Virus record (IMG/VR): IMGVR_UViG_3300021339_000007
Coordinates: 16-64,015 of that record
Reading direction: 5' to 3' (one strand)
From: a virus
Taxonomy: Duplodnaviria; Caudoviricetes
DNA: 64,000 nt
Numbering within the stretch: the first letter of the stretch is position 1; each line of letters starts with the position of its first letter. Below are positions 9,852 through 19,511 of the stretch, in pieces. The notes under the pieces were generated by a model. It did not search any database. It was not told the origin of the DNA and worked only from the letters and a program-made list of their open reading frames with translations. Position numbers and translations under genes: made by a program.

Positions 9852-10610
9852 ATGAAATCTCCTACTGAGTCCTCTACGGAATACACTCGACCACTATGCT
9901 GCATCGTGCATCTGGCTGAAACCGCCTTGCATGAATACCAGACCAATGAGAAGCCCTGGCTTGTATCGTGCTCGGGCGCGGACCCTTATGTGGTAAAGCG
10001 GCCGCCCCTAAAGCGGCTGATCATCAGTGATTTCGTTGTCGGTTCGCTTGGCAATGTGCTATGCGCTCCTGTCCCACAAATCGACCTAGTATATCTTACG
10101 GGTGAGTTTCTGGAAATGAATCCCCAGTGTAGCGATCTCGGCACAGGATATGCACACGGCAGCAGGGAGGTAAGAGACGTTCACGACTCCGATGCGATTG
10201 AGTATATCGATGGTGAGAATCGACCTCGGTTCGCGTTGTTGAGCCTGCTGTATGGATGGATGGATCCGAAGGACTACCAGTATCTTTACGGAAACGATCC
10301 GCCGCATCTAGTTTGGTCACATGATCATGGATGGTTTCTTCCTGGGGGCAATGACTGGAATTCCAGGACACTTGCCGATGCGTCCCCTGCAAGAGTCGAC
10401 TATACTGTTGTAAACCAAGTTGAACTCTCACAGAAGGAAATTAACATCGCCCGGGAATGTCTTGATGCCGTGACAACGGAGCAGGTACAGGACATCATCA
10501 ACAGCATCCCGAAAGAGTGGGGCATACTCGATTTCGAGCGAGACACCCTTTTCGGCTTCATTACCAAAAGACGTATTGAGTTGCTTGAATCGTCGAAAAA
10601 CGTGAGGTAG
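9852..10610 (+). CDS. HipA-like Ser/Thr kinase
   Basis: YVVK, DxKD catalytic loop, HDHGW (DHG) motif, IPKEW..RR C-terminus; upstream of DUF3037; start uncertain. Confidence 0.7.
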   Translation: MKSPTESSTEYTRPLCCIVHLAETALHEYQTNEKPWLVSCSGADPYVVKRPPLKRLIISDFVVGSLGNVLCAPVPQIDLVYLTGEFLEMNPQCSDLGTGYAHGSREVRDVHDSDAIEYIDGENRPRFALLSLLYGWMDPKDYQYLYGNDPPHLVWSHDHGWFLPGGNDWNSRTLADASPARVDYTVVNQVELSQKEINIARECLDAVTTEQVQDIINSIPKEWGILDFERDTLFGFITKRRIELLESSKNVR

Positions 10611-10615
10611 ATGAC

Positions 10616-11506
10616 ATGGGCGCAAAATATGCAGTCATACGGTATCTACCTGATCCGGTTGCCGGTGAATGTATCAACGTCGGAGTGATAGTAGTAGGAC
10701 AGGGCAAAACGCTGATCCGATTTCTTACGGACTGGACGCGCGTACAATGCTTCACTAACAAGGATCTCCAGTTCCTTAAAGATCTCGAAGCTCGACTGCA
10801 TAATGATGCGCAAATCAGCGAGCACCTCCCGGATTTGGCAAGCGGCTCCCGATTGGACGAAGAAAAATTGGCTCGCATGGCTCGGTGCTGGCATCACTCG
10901 ATTCAAGCGAGCCCCTTGGCAGGGTCTACTTTGGGACCGGAAGACCTGATGGAGCAGATCGCTCAGCGTTTCCTTAAGCAGGCGATCGTTAGGCGCGCTG
11001 TAGAGGAAAACCGAAACAGAACGTTCGCTACGAACCTGATTGAAGCACCCGTGATACTAGCGTTGACGGAGCTCCTAGGTCCCGAGGCTCCGAAGCAACT
11101 GTTGGACAAGTCACCGGTTATTCGCGGCAGGGATTTCAGCGATAATACATTAGGGTTTGCTGTTCAGCAGAAGGGAAATATCTATCTCGGCGGTGAGGGA
11201 ATATCGTTCTCCATCAAAACCCACAACCATGCACTTCAGAACCTGAAGGCTGTGAAATATGCCGTCAGCGATATTAAGAAGCTGCGTCCCATGTTACCGA
11301 TCGGAATAGTGATGCTCGGCCCTGAGATATCTCACTTTCCCAATCGGGAAGCTTTCATCAAACTCAACAGACAATATGAAGCCGGTATTGAGGAGCTGAA
11401 ACAAAGAGGCGCTGTAATCCTTTCGGAGTCTAACGCGAAGGATTGGGCGATGTCTTCCGTTACGAGGTACGTTCCGGCCTCGTTGGTCTTAGACGATTCT
11501 GAGTAG
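10616..11506 (+). CDS. DUF3037-domain protein
   Basis: YAVIRYLPDPVAGECINVGVIV N-terminus. Confidence 0.8.
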   Translation: MGAKYAVIRYLPDPVAGECINVGVIVVGQGKTLIRFLTDWTRVQCFTNKDLQFLKDLEARLHNDAQISEHLPDLASGSRLDEEKLARMARCWHHSIQASPLAGSTLGPEDLMEQIAQRFLKQAIVRRAVEENRNRTFATNLIEAPVILALTELLGPEAPKQLLDKSPVIRGRDFSDNTLGFAVQQKGNIYLGGEGISFSIKTHNHALQNLKAVKYAVSDIKKLRPMLPIGIVMLGPEISHFPNREAFIKLNRQYEAGIEELKQRGAVILSESNAKDWAMSSVTRYVPASLVLDDSE

Positions 11507-11606
11507 ACCTGCTCCACTGTGTATGCGGCAAACCCGGCAAATCACCGGTTGACGACTGTCTACCTTTAGTATTAAAATCCTATCATATCACCGATAGGAG
11601 CGAACG

Positions 11607-12086
11607 ATGCACATTCCGGAGACGGTCGATCACGAGATTCGCGGGGCAAACGGCGGCGTCTGGCCGCAGACTCCCTCGCAGTATCTGCGCGCGGCGAAGC
11701 GGTTCGGGTTCGATGTCTACTTCCACCCGCCGCCGTTTCCTCCGGAGCAGAGCATCCTGATCGGTGATACCATCCATGTGCCTGTGATCCAGCCCGGCCG
11801 TAGGCTGCTGCCGTGCCATAAGCACGAGCTGGCGGAAGCCGCGATGCAATGGGAGGGCCGACCGCCGGAAGCGGCGGCGGGCTGGGCTCGGCATGAAGTC
11901 GCGCGGGCGATCGACCTCTCGGAGCCGCGTCGCTATCTCACGGAGGGCCTGCAGCGGCGTATCCACCAGGCTGCAGGCAAGGTCGCGGAGCTTATCGACA
12001 TGGCGGGCTTTCAGCAGGTAGTCGTCACTTATCTTGGACCCGGCAAATGGTCGGCGGATTTGAAATACCTGGAGACGGAAGCGTGA
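11607..12086 (+). CDS. ImmA/IrrE-like protein with variant HELAE motif
   Basis: HELAE motif; sits just upstream of the integrase. Confidence 0.45.
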   Translation: MHIPETVDHEIRGANGGVWPQTPSQYLRAAKRFGFDVYFHPPPFPPEQSILIGDTIHVPVIQPGRRLLPCHKHELAEAAMQWEGRPPEAAAGWARHEVARAIDLSEPRRYLTEGLQRRIHQAAGKVAELIDMAGFQQVVVTYLGPGKWSADLKYLETEA

Positions 12087-12119
12087 TGGAGCAGATGTCG
12101 ACATGACCACGTTGATGAT

Positions 12120-13895
12120 ATGAGCGTCCGAGCTGCGATCATCGTCCGGCTTTCCCGTGAGGATCTCAACCAGCCCGGATCTGCCGAAGAGAAAGTCGCG
12201 CGCCACCTTGCGATCGCGCAGGACCTGGCGAAGCGCCACGACCTGCCCCCAATTCAGACCGAAGACATCTATACCGAGTCCGGAATCTCCGGACGTCGAC
12301 TCTCCAAACGCCCCGATACTCTCCGCATGCTCGATCGCTGCCGCACCGGCTACTATACGCATGTCGTCACAGCGTATCAATCCAGGATCCTCCGCGGCGA
12401 CAAGCGCGACGAAGCCGACGTCGAAGACGCGTTCCTGGATGGCTGCATCACCCTCATCACTTCGGAGAGCGTTATCTGTTTCGATGACACCTATGAGGCA
12501 AGCAACGCCCTGGTATTCGAGATCCGCGCGGCCGCCGATCGCAACTATCTCCGAGATATCTCAAAGAAGCTCAAGGAGAGCAACCGGCAGCGCACGCTGC
12601 TGGGCCGTCGCAGCGGCGGCATGGCGCCTTATGGATACTTTTGGAAAACTGCTGCCTATGATCAGCGCAAACAGATTGATGCCGCACACCATGAAGTCGT
12701 CGGTGAACTCGAAATAACCGACCTCAGCGCAGCAATCAGGTACGCACAGTCCGTACCTGAGCTGCAGCCCTTCGACGCTGCAAAATACCTTGAGGTCGCG
12801 CGACGCACAGCCGGTCCGGACGGAAACCTGCTGCCGGGCGTTGTCTGCTCAAGCGGAGAGTATGCCGTCCTCTGCGAGATCTTCGCCCGCATCCGTTGCG
12901 AAGGATATACACAGATTGTCCGAGCACTCAACCAGCGCGGGATACCTACCGCCGGCGCATCTCGATTTCGGGAAGGGTTTGCTGCGATGGTCTGGCACGA
13001 CTCCACGGTCCGGACCATCATTCGCAACTTCCACTATTCCGGCTTTCCTGCACATACGGTCACCACAGACCGCAAAGGCCGCAAGGTTAAACTTCCAACA
13101 GAGAAACACATCCTTCCGAACGAAGAGCAGATGTATCCTCACCCGATCCGGCTGCCGGACCACCGGGCGCTGCTTGAGCAGATCACGGCCCGCGCAACTC
13201 CCGGTTCCGTCCGACCGCAAGGTCCATCACTGTTGACCGGCCTGCTCAAATGCAGTCAGGGGCGCCCGTGCCGTGCGAATTCGACATCCTACCAGTGCCG
13301 CTGTGATCGCGAGACCGAGCGGCACCTCGGCAGCGGCATCCGCCGAGACCCCGCAAACCGGGTAGCGATCTCGGTCCTGCGTGAGGCATTGAGCGAGATG
13401 CCCACTTCTTCGGCGCCGGCGGCCAACCAGAGACCGCAGCAAACCTCCGAGTTGATTACAATCGACCGCGAGATAGCAGGCAAGAAGCGAGACCTGGCGG
13501 ACCTGCAGCGCCATGCCGCCACGTTCGCACGCTCCGGAGGCGCAGATGCCTTCGCAGCAACGATCAGCGCGCTCCGGCAGGAGATAGGGGAAGCGGAGCG
13601 GAAATACAAGGCGATCCTATCGAATGCTCAAACGCGTCAGGCAGCTGAAGCACTAAGCGCGCTAAACAAGCTGCGAGGGATCGACTTCGAGGAGTTCTGG
13701 AGCGCTGCAACCATCGTGCAGCAGCGATCAATCCTTCGCCTCGTTATCGCCGAGCTGCGCATCGTGCCACAGCCGGACAAAGGCCGACGCGTCCGAACCA
13801 TAACGATTACGGTGCAGCCCTGGATCACACCCTATTATAATCCGGGCGCCATCAAGCTGGTCGGTACGCGGCGTAAGATCGAGCGTCATATTTAG
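12120..13895 (+). CDS. Large serine recombinase (integrase)
   Basis: IVRLSRED catalytic Ser, SG..RP, SRILR, APYGY, recombinase domain, LLTGLLKC Zn ribbon, coiled coil. Confidence 0.93.
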   Translation: MSVRAAIIVRLSREDLNQPGSAEEKVARHLAIAQDLAKRHDLPPIQTEDIYTESGISGRRLSKRPDTLRMLDRCRTGYYTHVVTAYQSRILRGDKRDEADVEDAFLDGCITLITSESVICFDDTYEASNALVFEIRAAADRNYLRDISKKLKESNRQRTLLGRRSGGMAPYGYFWKTAAYDQRKQIDAAHHEVVGELEITDLSAAIRYAQSVPELQPFDAAKYLEVARRTAGPDGNLLPGVVCSSGEYAVLCEIFARIRCEGYTQIVRALNQRGIPTAGASRFREGFAAMVWHDSTVRTIIRNFHYSGFPAHTVTTDRKGRKVKLPTEKHILPNEEQMYPHPIRLPDHRALLEQITARATPGSVRPQGPSLLTGLLKCSQGRPCRANSTSYQCRCDRETERHLGSGIRRDPANRVAISVLREALSEMPTSSAPAANQRPQQTSELITIDREIAGKKRDLADLQRHAATFARSGGADAFAATISALRQEIGEAERKYKAILSNAQTRQAAEALSALNKLRGIDFEEFWSAATIVQQRSILRLVIAELRIVPQPDKGRRVRTITITVQPWITPYYNPGAIKLVGTRRKIERHI

Positions 13896-13963
13896 GACAC
13901 GCCTGTCTGCAGGCGTGCCGTAAATATGACATTAACAAACCGGGATATGTGTAGGGGTAACCG

Positions 13964-14482
13964 CTAAGCGGCTTGTGCGAGGCTGCAGCGGGAGGCGTGG
14001 ACCTTGCCCGCCGGCGCATGGCATTCCGGGCAGGTATCGCCCAGTTCGTTGACCACGGCGACGGCTGCGGCAGGCTGGCGAGCGGTGCCGGTGGATTTGG
14101 TGGACTGAGCGGATCGCGCCTGACCGGCCGGGCGCTCATCTTCTTCGCCCAGCTCCTCGAATGCGGCAACGCCGACATTCACGCCGTCTCTCAAAGCTCG
14201 GGCCTTCGCCCGCGTCTCCGCCATTCTCAATAGGCAGGTCTGCATCGCCGGCGCGACATTGTTTGGCGCAGCATCTCCGATTCCGGTGAATGTGCGCTCT
14301 ACGCCATCCCGCTCGAATACCACCGTCGCGTTACAGATCGCGACCCGGTTGTTGCCGTCCGTCGGCGCCTGGATCAGCTCGGTATGGATGGATTTCAGGC
14401 CCTGCTGTGTGGCGAGGTCCAGCAGCCCGGCATAGAGGCAGAAGGTGCGGCCCTGGCGCTCGACTAAGAATTCTTTTCTCAA
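13964..14482 (-). CDS. Rad52/22-like ssDNA annealing protein
   Basis: FTGIGDA..RMAETRAKARALR pattern; C-terminal Zn knuckle. Confidence 0.6.
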   Translation of the reverse strand: MRKEFLVERQGRTFCLYAGLLDLATQQGLKSIHTELIQAPTDGNNRVAICNATVVFERDGVERTFTGIGDAAPNNVAPAMQTCLLRMAETRAKARALRDGVNVGVAAFEELGEEDERPAGQARSAQSTKSTGTARQPAAAVAVVNELGDTCPECHAPAGKVHASRCSLAQAA

Positions 14483-14549
14483 TGAATTCTCCCTTCAATG
14501 TTCATAATCTCCCGGCTTTCCGATATTCCGGAAAGCCGGGATTGTGTGT

Positions 14550-14993
14550 CTAGCAGAAGTCGCCGCTCATCATCTGCTTGTATTCTGTGCTACCGTATTT
14601 CTTGGCCGAAACGACAGGTGCCGGCGCCGCCATTTTGGGGGCAAGCGCGCGGAACTGCGCCAGATGCTTCGCGCTGAACTGCGCCAGATGCTTCGCGCTG
14701 AACCGGCGGCGATTGCGAACCTTGACTACTCGGATCGCTTCCAGCGTTTTCCACCAGCGGCAACAGAGAGCGACGAAGAGCTGGTGTTTGCAGGGTGCCC
14801 CGTTGCGGCAGTAATCCATACAAGTGCAGGTTTCGCCGGCGACGTCCACGATGTACGGCTCAGCGGCGCCGCGCTTGCCGATCAAGAATACGCCGACTGT
14901 CTTGATGCTTTCGGAGAGCGTGTAGCCCTGGCGGCCCATCTGTCGGGCTTTCTGTTCGCGGGTCAATCTCGGTTGGGTCGCTGCTGCTGTCAT
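14550..14993 (-). CDS. SWIM zinc-finger protein
   Basis: CTCMDY..PCKH; contains a 24-bp tandem duplication (FSAKHLAQ x2). Confidence 0.75.
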   Translation of the reverse strand: MTAAATQPRLTREQKARQMGRQGYTLSESIKTVGVFLIGKRGAAEPYIVDVAGETCTCMDYCRNGAPCKHQLFVALCCRWWKTLEAIRVVKVRNRRRFSAKHLAQFSAKHLAQFRALAPKMAAPAPVVSAKKYGSTEYKQMMSGDFC

Positions 14994-15098
14994 TTCGATT
15001 GTCTCCTTAGCGGGTTCGGGTAAACTGCAAGTGTCCCTTAGCGGGGATGCCGGTCGGGAGGGTATGAGCTCCCGGCCGGCTTTTTGTTTAGTGTCTAT

Positions 15099-15127
15099 AG
15101 TATACGATACATCTGTAAATTTGTCAA
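15099..15127 (-). promoter_or_regulatory. Sigma70 promoter for the SWIM/SSAP operon
   Basis: TTGACA-N17-TATACT. Confidence 0.8.
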
Positions 15128-15175
15128 GATATAAACCGGAAATATATTGAATATTTTCAGGATGTATGTTATCAT

Positions 15176-15421
15176 GTGAGCATGAATCCTTCGGATCTAT
15201 TGAGTATCGCGGAAGTGGCGGAGATGCACGGCGTCAGCCGGTCCTCGGTCTATCTTGCCGTGCAAGAGAATCGCCTGCAGTCACTGGTAGTGGCGCGCAA
15301 GGTGGTAGTCAAACGGTCGGATGCTGAGAAGTATGAGCCGAGGGCGTATCGAGACCGGCCCGGTATTAAGGGCAAGGGTGGCCGGCCGAAGGGCTCGAAG
15401 AATAGGCTGAAGGACGTATGA
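15176..15421 (+). CDS. Excisionase-like HTH protein with AT-hook
   Basis: LLSIAEVAEMHGVSRSSVY; GRPKGSK. Confidence 0.75.
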   Translation: MSMNPSDLLSIAEVAEMHGVSRSSVYLAVQENRLQSLVVARKVVVKRSDAEKYEPRAYRDRPGIKGKGGRPKGSKNRLKDV

Positions 15422-15466
15422 TGGAACGCGATCAATCGCTGGCGGATCGAACAAGGAAACCGTGGT

Positions 15467-15901
15467 ATGGTCTGGGGAGAATTTGGTAAAGAGCAGAAGC
15501 GGCTGCGCGAACTGAAAGGCTGGTCGCTTGATAAATTGGCAGATGAGGCACGTGTAACTAAATCTTATCTCTGGAGGATCGAGCGGAATGAGCCTCATTC
15601 ACAGACCGGGAAGATGCCGAATCCGTCGCCGGATGCAATCAAGAAGATCGCAAAAGCACTGGATTGGAAACTGGAAGATGCCTTTGGACGAGCCGGGATC
15701 ATTGCTGAAAACGTCATTCGCCGAGTACCGTATTCAGAGCCTCTTGCAGCAGAATTGGAGCACGTCTATGCCTTGCAATGCCGCGCTTTCAACGCCCTGC
15801 CGCCAGGTCCCATTCGCGAACGGTATATTGCTTCATTGCGTGCCGATGCTGAATTTACACTCGATATCGCGGTGAGTTTGAAGAGCGATTTACATGAGTG
15901 A
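15467..15901 (+). CDS. XRE HTH transcriptional regulator
   Basis: RLRELKGWSLDKLADEARVTKSYLWRIER..PS..IKKIAKAL. Confidence 0.85.
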   Translation: MVWGEFGKEQKRLRELKGWSLDKLADEARVTKSYLWRIERNEPHSQTGKMPNPSPDAIKKIAKALDWKLEDAFGRAGIIAENVIRRVPYSEPLAAELEHVYALQCRAFNALPPGPIRERYIASLRADAEFTLDIAVSLKSDLHE

Positions 15902-16221
15902 GGCAAGCCGGCTCCGCCTTGAAGCGGTTGTGGGAATCTTCGGTCAACGGGGAAACTGCTGAAGATAGGATCGACGGCGTGATATGAGAGCAGATATTTT
16001 CAGGCGGGCACTGGTCTACACCTTCAGGCGGATGGCAATCGCAACTATTCTGGGGCTTGCCATGGGTCTTTTTGTCTACTTCGTTTTGCGGTACGGCGTC
16101 TTGCCGGGAATGATGAAGACGTTTCACGATACCACTTCCAAGCAGCATCAGAAGTGATCGTGCGGCGCTGGAGATGCAGAGGCGGACGGCTGGGCGATAA
16201 GAGATAACAAAGGTCGATTCG

Positions 16222-16533
16222 GTGAGGGAGACAAATAGGATGCGAGAAACAAAGCGAGTGTTGCTTAGCGACTTGAAGACGTTTCGGTTTGTCTGCAATA
16301 GTTGTGGCATCGCGGTTGAAATCAGCTTGGACAATGATGAACAGGTTACTCGTTTGCTGTCCAAGTCAAGCTGCCACTTTTGCAGTAATGGATCGATCGT
16401 CAACAATCAGGTTCCACCGAACTCAATGGAGCATCGACCTGTCGAGGTTCTCCGTCAAGCGTTGAAGGCTGTCGCCAAAACGCCCGGATTTCAGGTTGAG
16501 GTCGTTGTTCCTTTGGATGGGGAAGAAAGCTGA
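16222..16533 (+). CDS. Zinc-ribbon hypothetical protein
   Basis: CNSC..CHFC. Confidence 0.6.
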   Translation: MRETNRMRETKRVLLSDLKTFRFVCNSCGIAVEISLDNDEQVTRLLSKSSCHFCSNGSIVNNQVPPNSMEHRPVEVLRQALKAVAKTPGFQVEVVVPLDGEES

Positions 16534-16570
16534 CTGCGTTATACAGGCCGGGCTTTGCTTTGGGCGGCTG

Positions 16571-16864
16571 CTATCGGCGCCGCACGGACAACAGGGCATT
16601 GCGGCAAGCGATCGCTATTGACTCGCAACGCGCCATGAGTTTATCCGGCCGGCAGCTTTTACCTTGAATTATTTGCCGACCAGCACCGAGCTTAAGCATA
16701 CGCACCGTCGCACCATCAGAATCTCTTCCAATCTCTGCTGCGCTGAATCTGCCAGTGTCGGCGACGCGATCTAGCAACCATAGAGCTGCTGCCGGGTCGG
16801 AGTCGTATTCCGATCCAGCATCCGATTCCAACAACTCATCAATTTCGCGGTTCAATAGGGACAT
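16571..16864 (-). CDS. Hypothetical protein (possibly Gp38/ABA-sandwich-like)
   Basis: NREID..YDSDPAAALWLL..AIAC. Confidence 0.5.
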   Translation of the reverse strand: MSLLNREIDELLESDAGSEYDSDPAAALWLLDRVADTGRFSAAEIGRDSDGATVRMLKLGAGRQIIQGKSCRPDKLMARCESIAIACRNALLSVRRR

Positions 16865-16885
16865 GATCAGGTCTTTCGACAGGGG

Positions 16886-17974
16886 CTAAGTCCACGACTC
16901 GAGCAAACGCTCAGTATAGGACTTAACCGGCATCGGGTCTATTGCATATATGATCGAAGTCGTGCCTTCATTGTCAAGAATATGCAATGTGATAAACACC
17001 TTGCAGGTATCTTCGTACTTTCTTTTGACATGTCCAAGTACCTCGCCGAATTTCTTCACATGGTCGCCAGTGCATGAGTTGAACATCGCCATTGCGGACA
17101 ATAAAAACGTATAAGGCGGCCGATTATATACCATGTTAATGGTCCGCGGCCCCGTTTCACCGATCGGAACATCAAGAATTCTGCGTTGAGCGGCGCGTAG
17201 CATGTAAAGCATGCCGATCAACTCCGTCCAATTCAGATCATTCAGAACAGGTGTGAGAACCTTTAGCTGCTCGTCCTGGCCGCTTTTAAGCGAGCGATAA
17301 GATCGCACAATCTGCTTTAGTAATTGATCTGTCTCGTAGTCTGGGCAAATATCGGCGGCGCCAGCAGATGCAAACGCCATTTCATGTTGGTATCGCACCA
17401 TTTCCAGCGCGTCGGCAGCCATGATCGATTTGCCTTCTTTTCGTACCGACTCGACGAACTCCAAGAGATCTCTGGTACTTCCTCCGTTTTGCGCGAGATA
17501 ATGCAAAACCTTCTCAGGTACAGTGACACATGCAGTCACTTCTCGCCCGGCTTTTCGAAGCTCGGTCTTCATTTCATCGTGCCATTGAGCTACCGCGTGC
17601 GGACCTTCGACGACCGACACAAGAACCTTATGCTTATAATCATCAAATCCGATATCGTAGGTTGTGAACAGGGACTTACCGCGCAACCTATCGCCGCTCT
17701 TCCACCTCTTTAACCATCCCTTAAGATTCTTCATATTGTGCTCAAACATCATCTCGGCAGAACCCACAGTGTTGGTCATTCCCATCAGGATGATACAGTT
17801 GTTGCAAGCCCATACCATGTCTGCGGGTTCTCGTCGGCGGCCGCTCGATTTTACTATGTCTTCCGGAAAGAAAATGAAATCAGCACCCATGGAGTGGGCC
17901 ATTAATTCCGCCACAATGCGTTCTTGAACACTCGCAGCCTTACTAAGAAGTTCGTCTGCTTCTTCGGTACCCAT
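16886..17974 (-). CDS. Lower-GC accessory protein, possible nuclease-related (NERD-like) fold
   Basis: 362-aa ORF; E.AD motif followed by a hydrophobic strand; AT-richer than flanks. Confidence 0.6.
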   Translation of the reverse strand: MGTEEADELLSKAASVQERIVAELMAHSMGADFIFFPEDIVKSSGRRREPADMVWACNNCIILMGMTNTVGSAEMMFEHNMKNLKGWLKRWKSGDRLRGKSLFTTYDIGFDDYKHKVLVSVVEGPHAVAQWHDEMKTELRKAGREVTACVTVPEKVLHYLAQNGGSTRDLLEFVESVRKEGKSIMAADALEMVRYQHEMAFASAGAADICPDYETDQLLKQIVRSYRSLKSGQDEQLKVLTPVLNDLNWTELIGMLYMLRAAQRRILDVPIGETGPRTINMVYNRPPYTFLLSAMAMFNSCTGDHVKKFGEVLGHVKRKYEDTCKVFITLHILDNEGTTSIIYAIDPMPVKSYTERLLESWT

Positions 17975-18623
17975 CTACTTGAAGTCGTTCTTTCACACCA
18001 AATGGCCCGCTTCACACCCCTGGCCGGATGCAAGGCGAGCCATTTAGTAGAGCGAGGCGATACCTCGCATCCGGTATGAAATTGGGGCAGTCGCGGGCCA
18101 GCGCAACTTACCAATATGAACATGTTATCTCCACGGCAACTAGAATCCTTCCATGTTAGCCACTCGGCACGGTAAGAAGCCGTATGTACTCCTACTGCTG
18201 CTGCAGATCCGGCGCCCAGTGGTCCGGTCCGCTGATCCCCACGTAAGACGCCACGCAGCGCCAGGCGTTCACGAGGTACCGATCAGCTTACTTGGGTGCA
18301 GCCTTTGCCCGGTACCGCCGGCTGCGCTCTCTAATACTGACCGGGCAGTTCCCGAGGTGAGGGAGTTTACCGCAACTGCAGGGCTTGAGGTTTGTCCGCT
18401 CCTTCGGCGCCTTGCGCTCTAAGCTCGGCTTCGGAACGTGTTCCTTCCGCGGCGGGCCGCCGGGAAATCCGTGCTTTTCGCTGATGACGCGGCAGATGAT
18501 GCTCAGCACGAACTCGCAGCCCAAGCCGGTCTCACATGCGATCCTGGTTCGGTCCGGAGCGGCGCCATTGTCGACACACTCCAGGATGTAGGCTCGGGTC
18601 TGGGGCGGAATCTCCGGGATCAT

Positions 18624-19253
18624 CTACCGAATCGGCCGACGTCGAGCCGGTCCGCCGATTCGCGCGATGCTGGGGCCGCTTCGGAACCAGTTCGGCCAAA
18701 CGCCGACGGGCTTGTGATAGACCGTTACTTTGGAGCATTCCGATATGAGCCAAAAGGAATACGTCAGCTCCTCTTCCCGCGGCAGGCGCTTCCTCAGTTT
18801 CTCATAAGCCAGCTCGAGCCGGTTGCCTACGGTATTCCGGTGCACACGAAACCCCTGTGCGATTTCCTCCTGGTTGTACCCGTCCAACCATGCCTGCACC
18901 AGCGCTTTCTCGTGATCCGTAAGGCAATCCGGTAGCGGCCTTTGACCCATCACAATCGGCGGCGCCACTACGTTGCGCGCCTCCATCAGTTCAACCAGGA
19001 TCGGGCGATGCGCGGACTGCTTGCGTTCGGCGGAGCGGATCCGGCTCATCAGGTGCGTCAGCCACGACAGAACAGAGACCTGGGAAGTCGTTTCGCGGAA
19101 ATCCGCGAGGTGATTGAGGGCGCGCAGACATGTCTCCTGTACCAGATCTTCCGCGTCATCATCGGAGCGGGCACCGAATCGCTGGGCGGCCAGAGACAGC
19201 AACGAGGGGCGGACTTGTGGGATCAGGGCGGCGAACTCTTGAGCTGTAAGCAT
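18624..19253 (-). CDS. ECF-type sigma70 factor
   Basis: DAEDLVQETCLRAL (region 2); GYNQEEIAQGFRVHRNTV.NRL (region 4). Confidence 0.85.
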   Translation of the reverse strand: MLTAQEFAALIPQVRPSLLSLAAQRFGARSDDDAEDLVQETCLRALNHLADFRETTSQVSVLSWLTHLMSRIRSAERKQSAHRPILVELMEARNVVAPPIVMGQRPLPDCLTDHEKALVQAWLDGYNQEEIAQGFRVHRNTVGNRLELAYEKLRKRLPREEELTYSFWLISECSKVTVYHKPVGVWPNWFRSGPSIARIGGPARRRPIR

Positions 19254-19382
19254 AGGACTCCACTGTCGAAATGATGAGGCTGCCTTGCTTTGATCATACA
19301 CCGCGCATGCAAAGTAGTAAGTAGAATTGTGCAATAGCGCTCTAAAGGGGGCTAAATAGCATAGAGTTAGTGTGACAGTCGA

Positions 19383-19455
19383 TGCGGGGTGGGGCAGTTG
19401 GTAGCCCGCCTGGCTCATAACCAGGAGGTCGCCGGTTCGAGTCCGGCCTCCGCTA
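19383..19455 (+). tRNA. tRNA-Met(CAT), initiator (fMet)-type, CCA not encoded
   Basis: Full cloverleaf; CTCATAA loop; 1:72 mismatch; G11:C24; TTCGAGT T-loop. Confidence 0.9.
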
Positions 19456-19511
19456 TATCCCTTCATGTCTCTTTTGAGATTGGCTGCCTTAGTAAAACTT
19501 AGTATTTTTCG

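Noticed and set aside
13896-13963. Candidate attP downstream of the integrase
   Set aside because: Only a short hairpin and weak dyad symmetry; it cannot be assigned without the integrated form.
14651-14703. 24-bp tandem repeat
   Set aside because: In-frame duplication within the SWIM gene; no evidence of a separate function.
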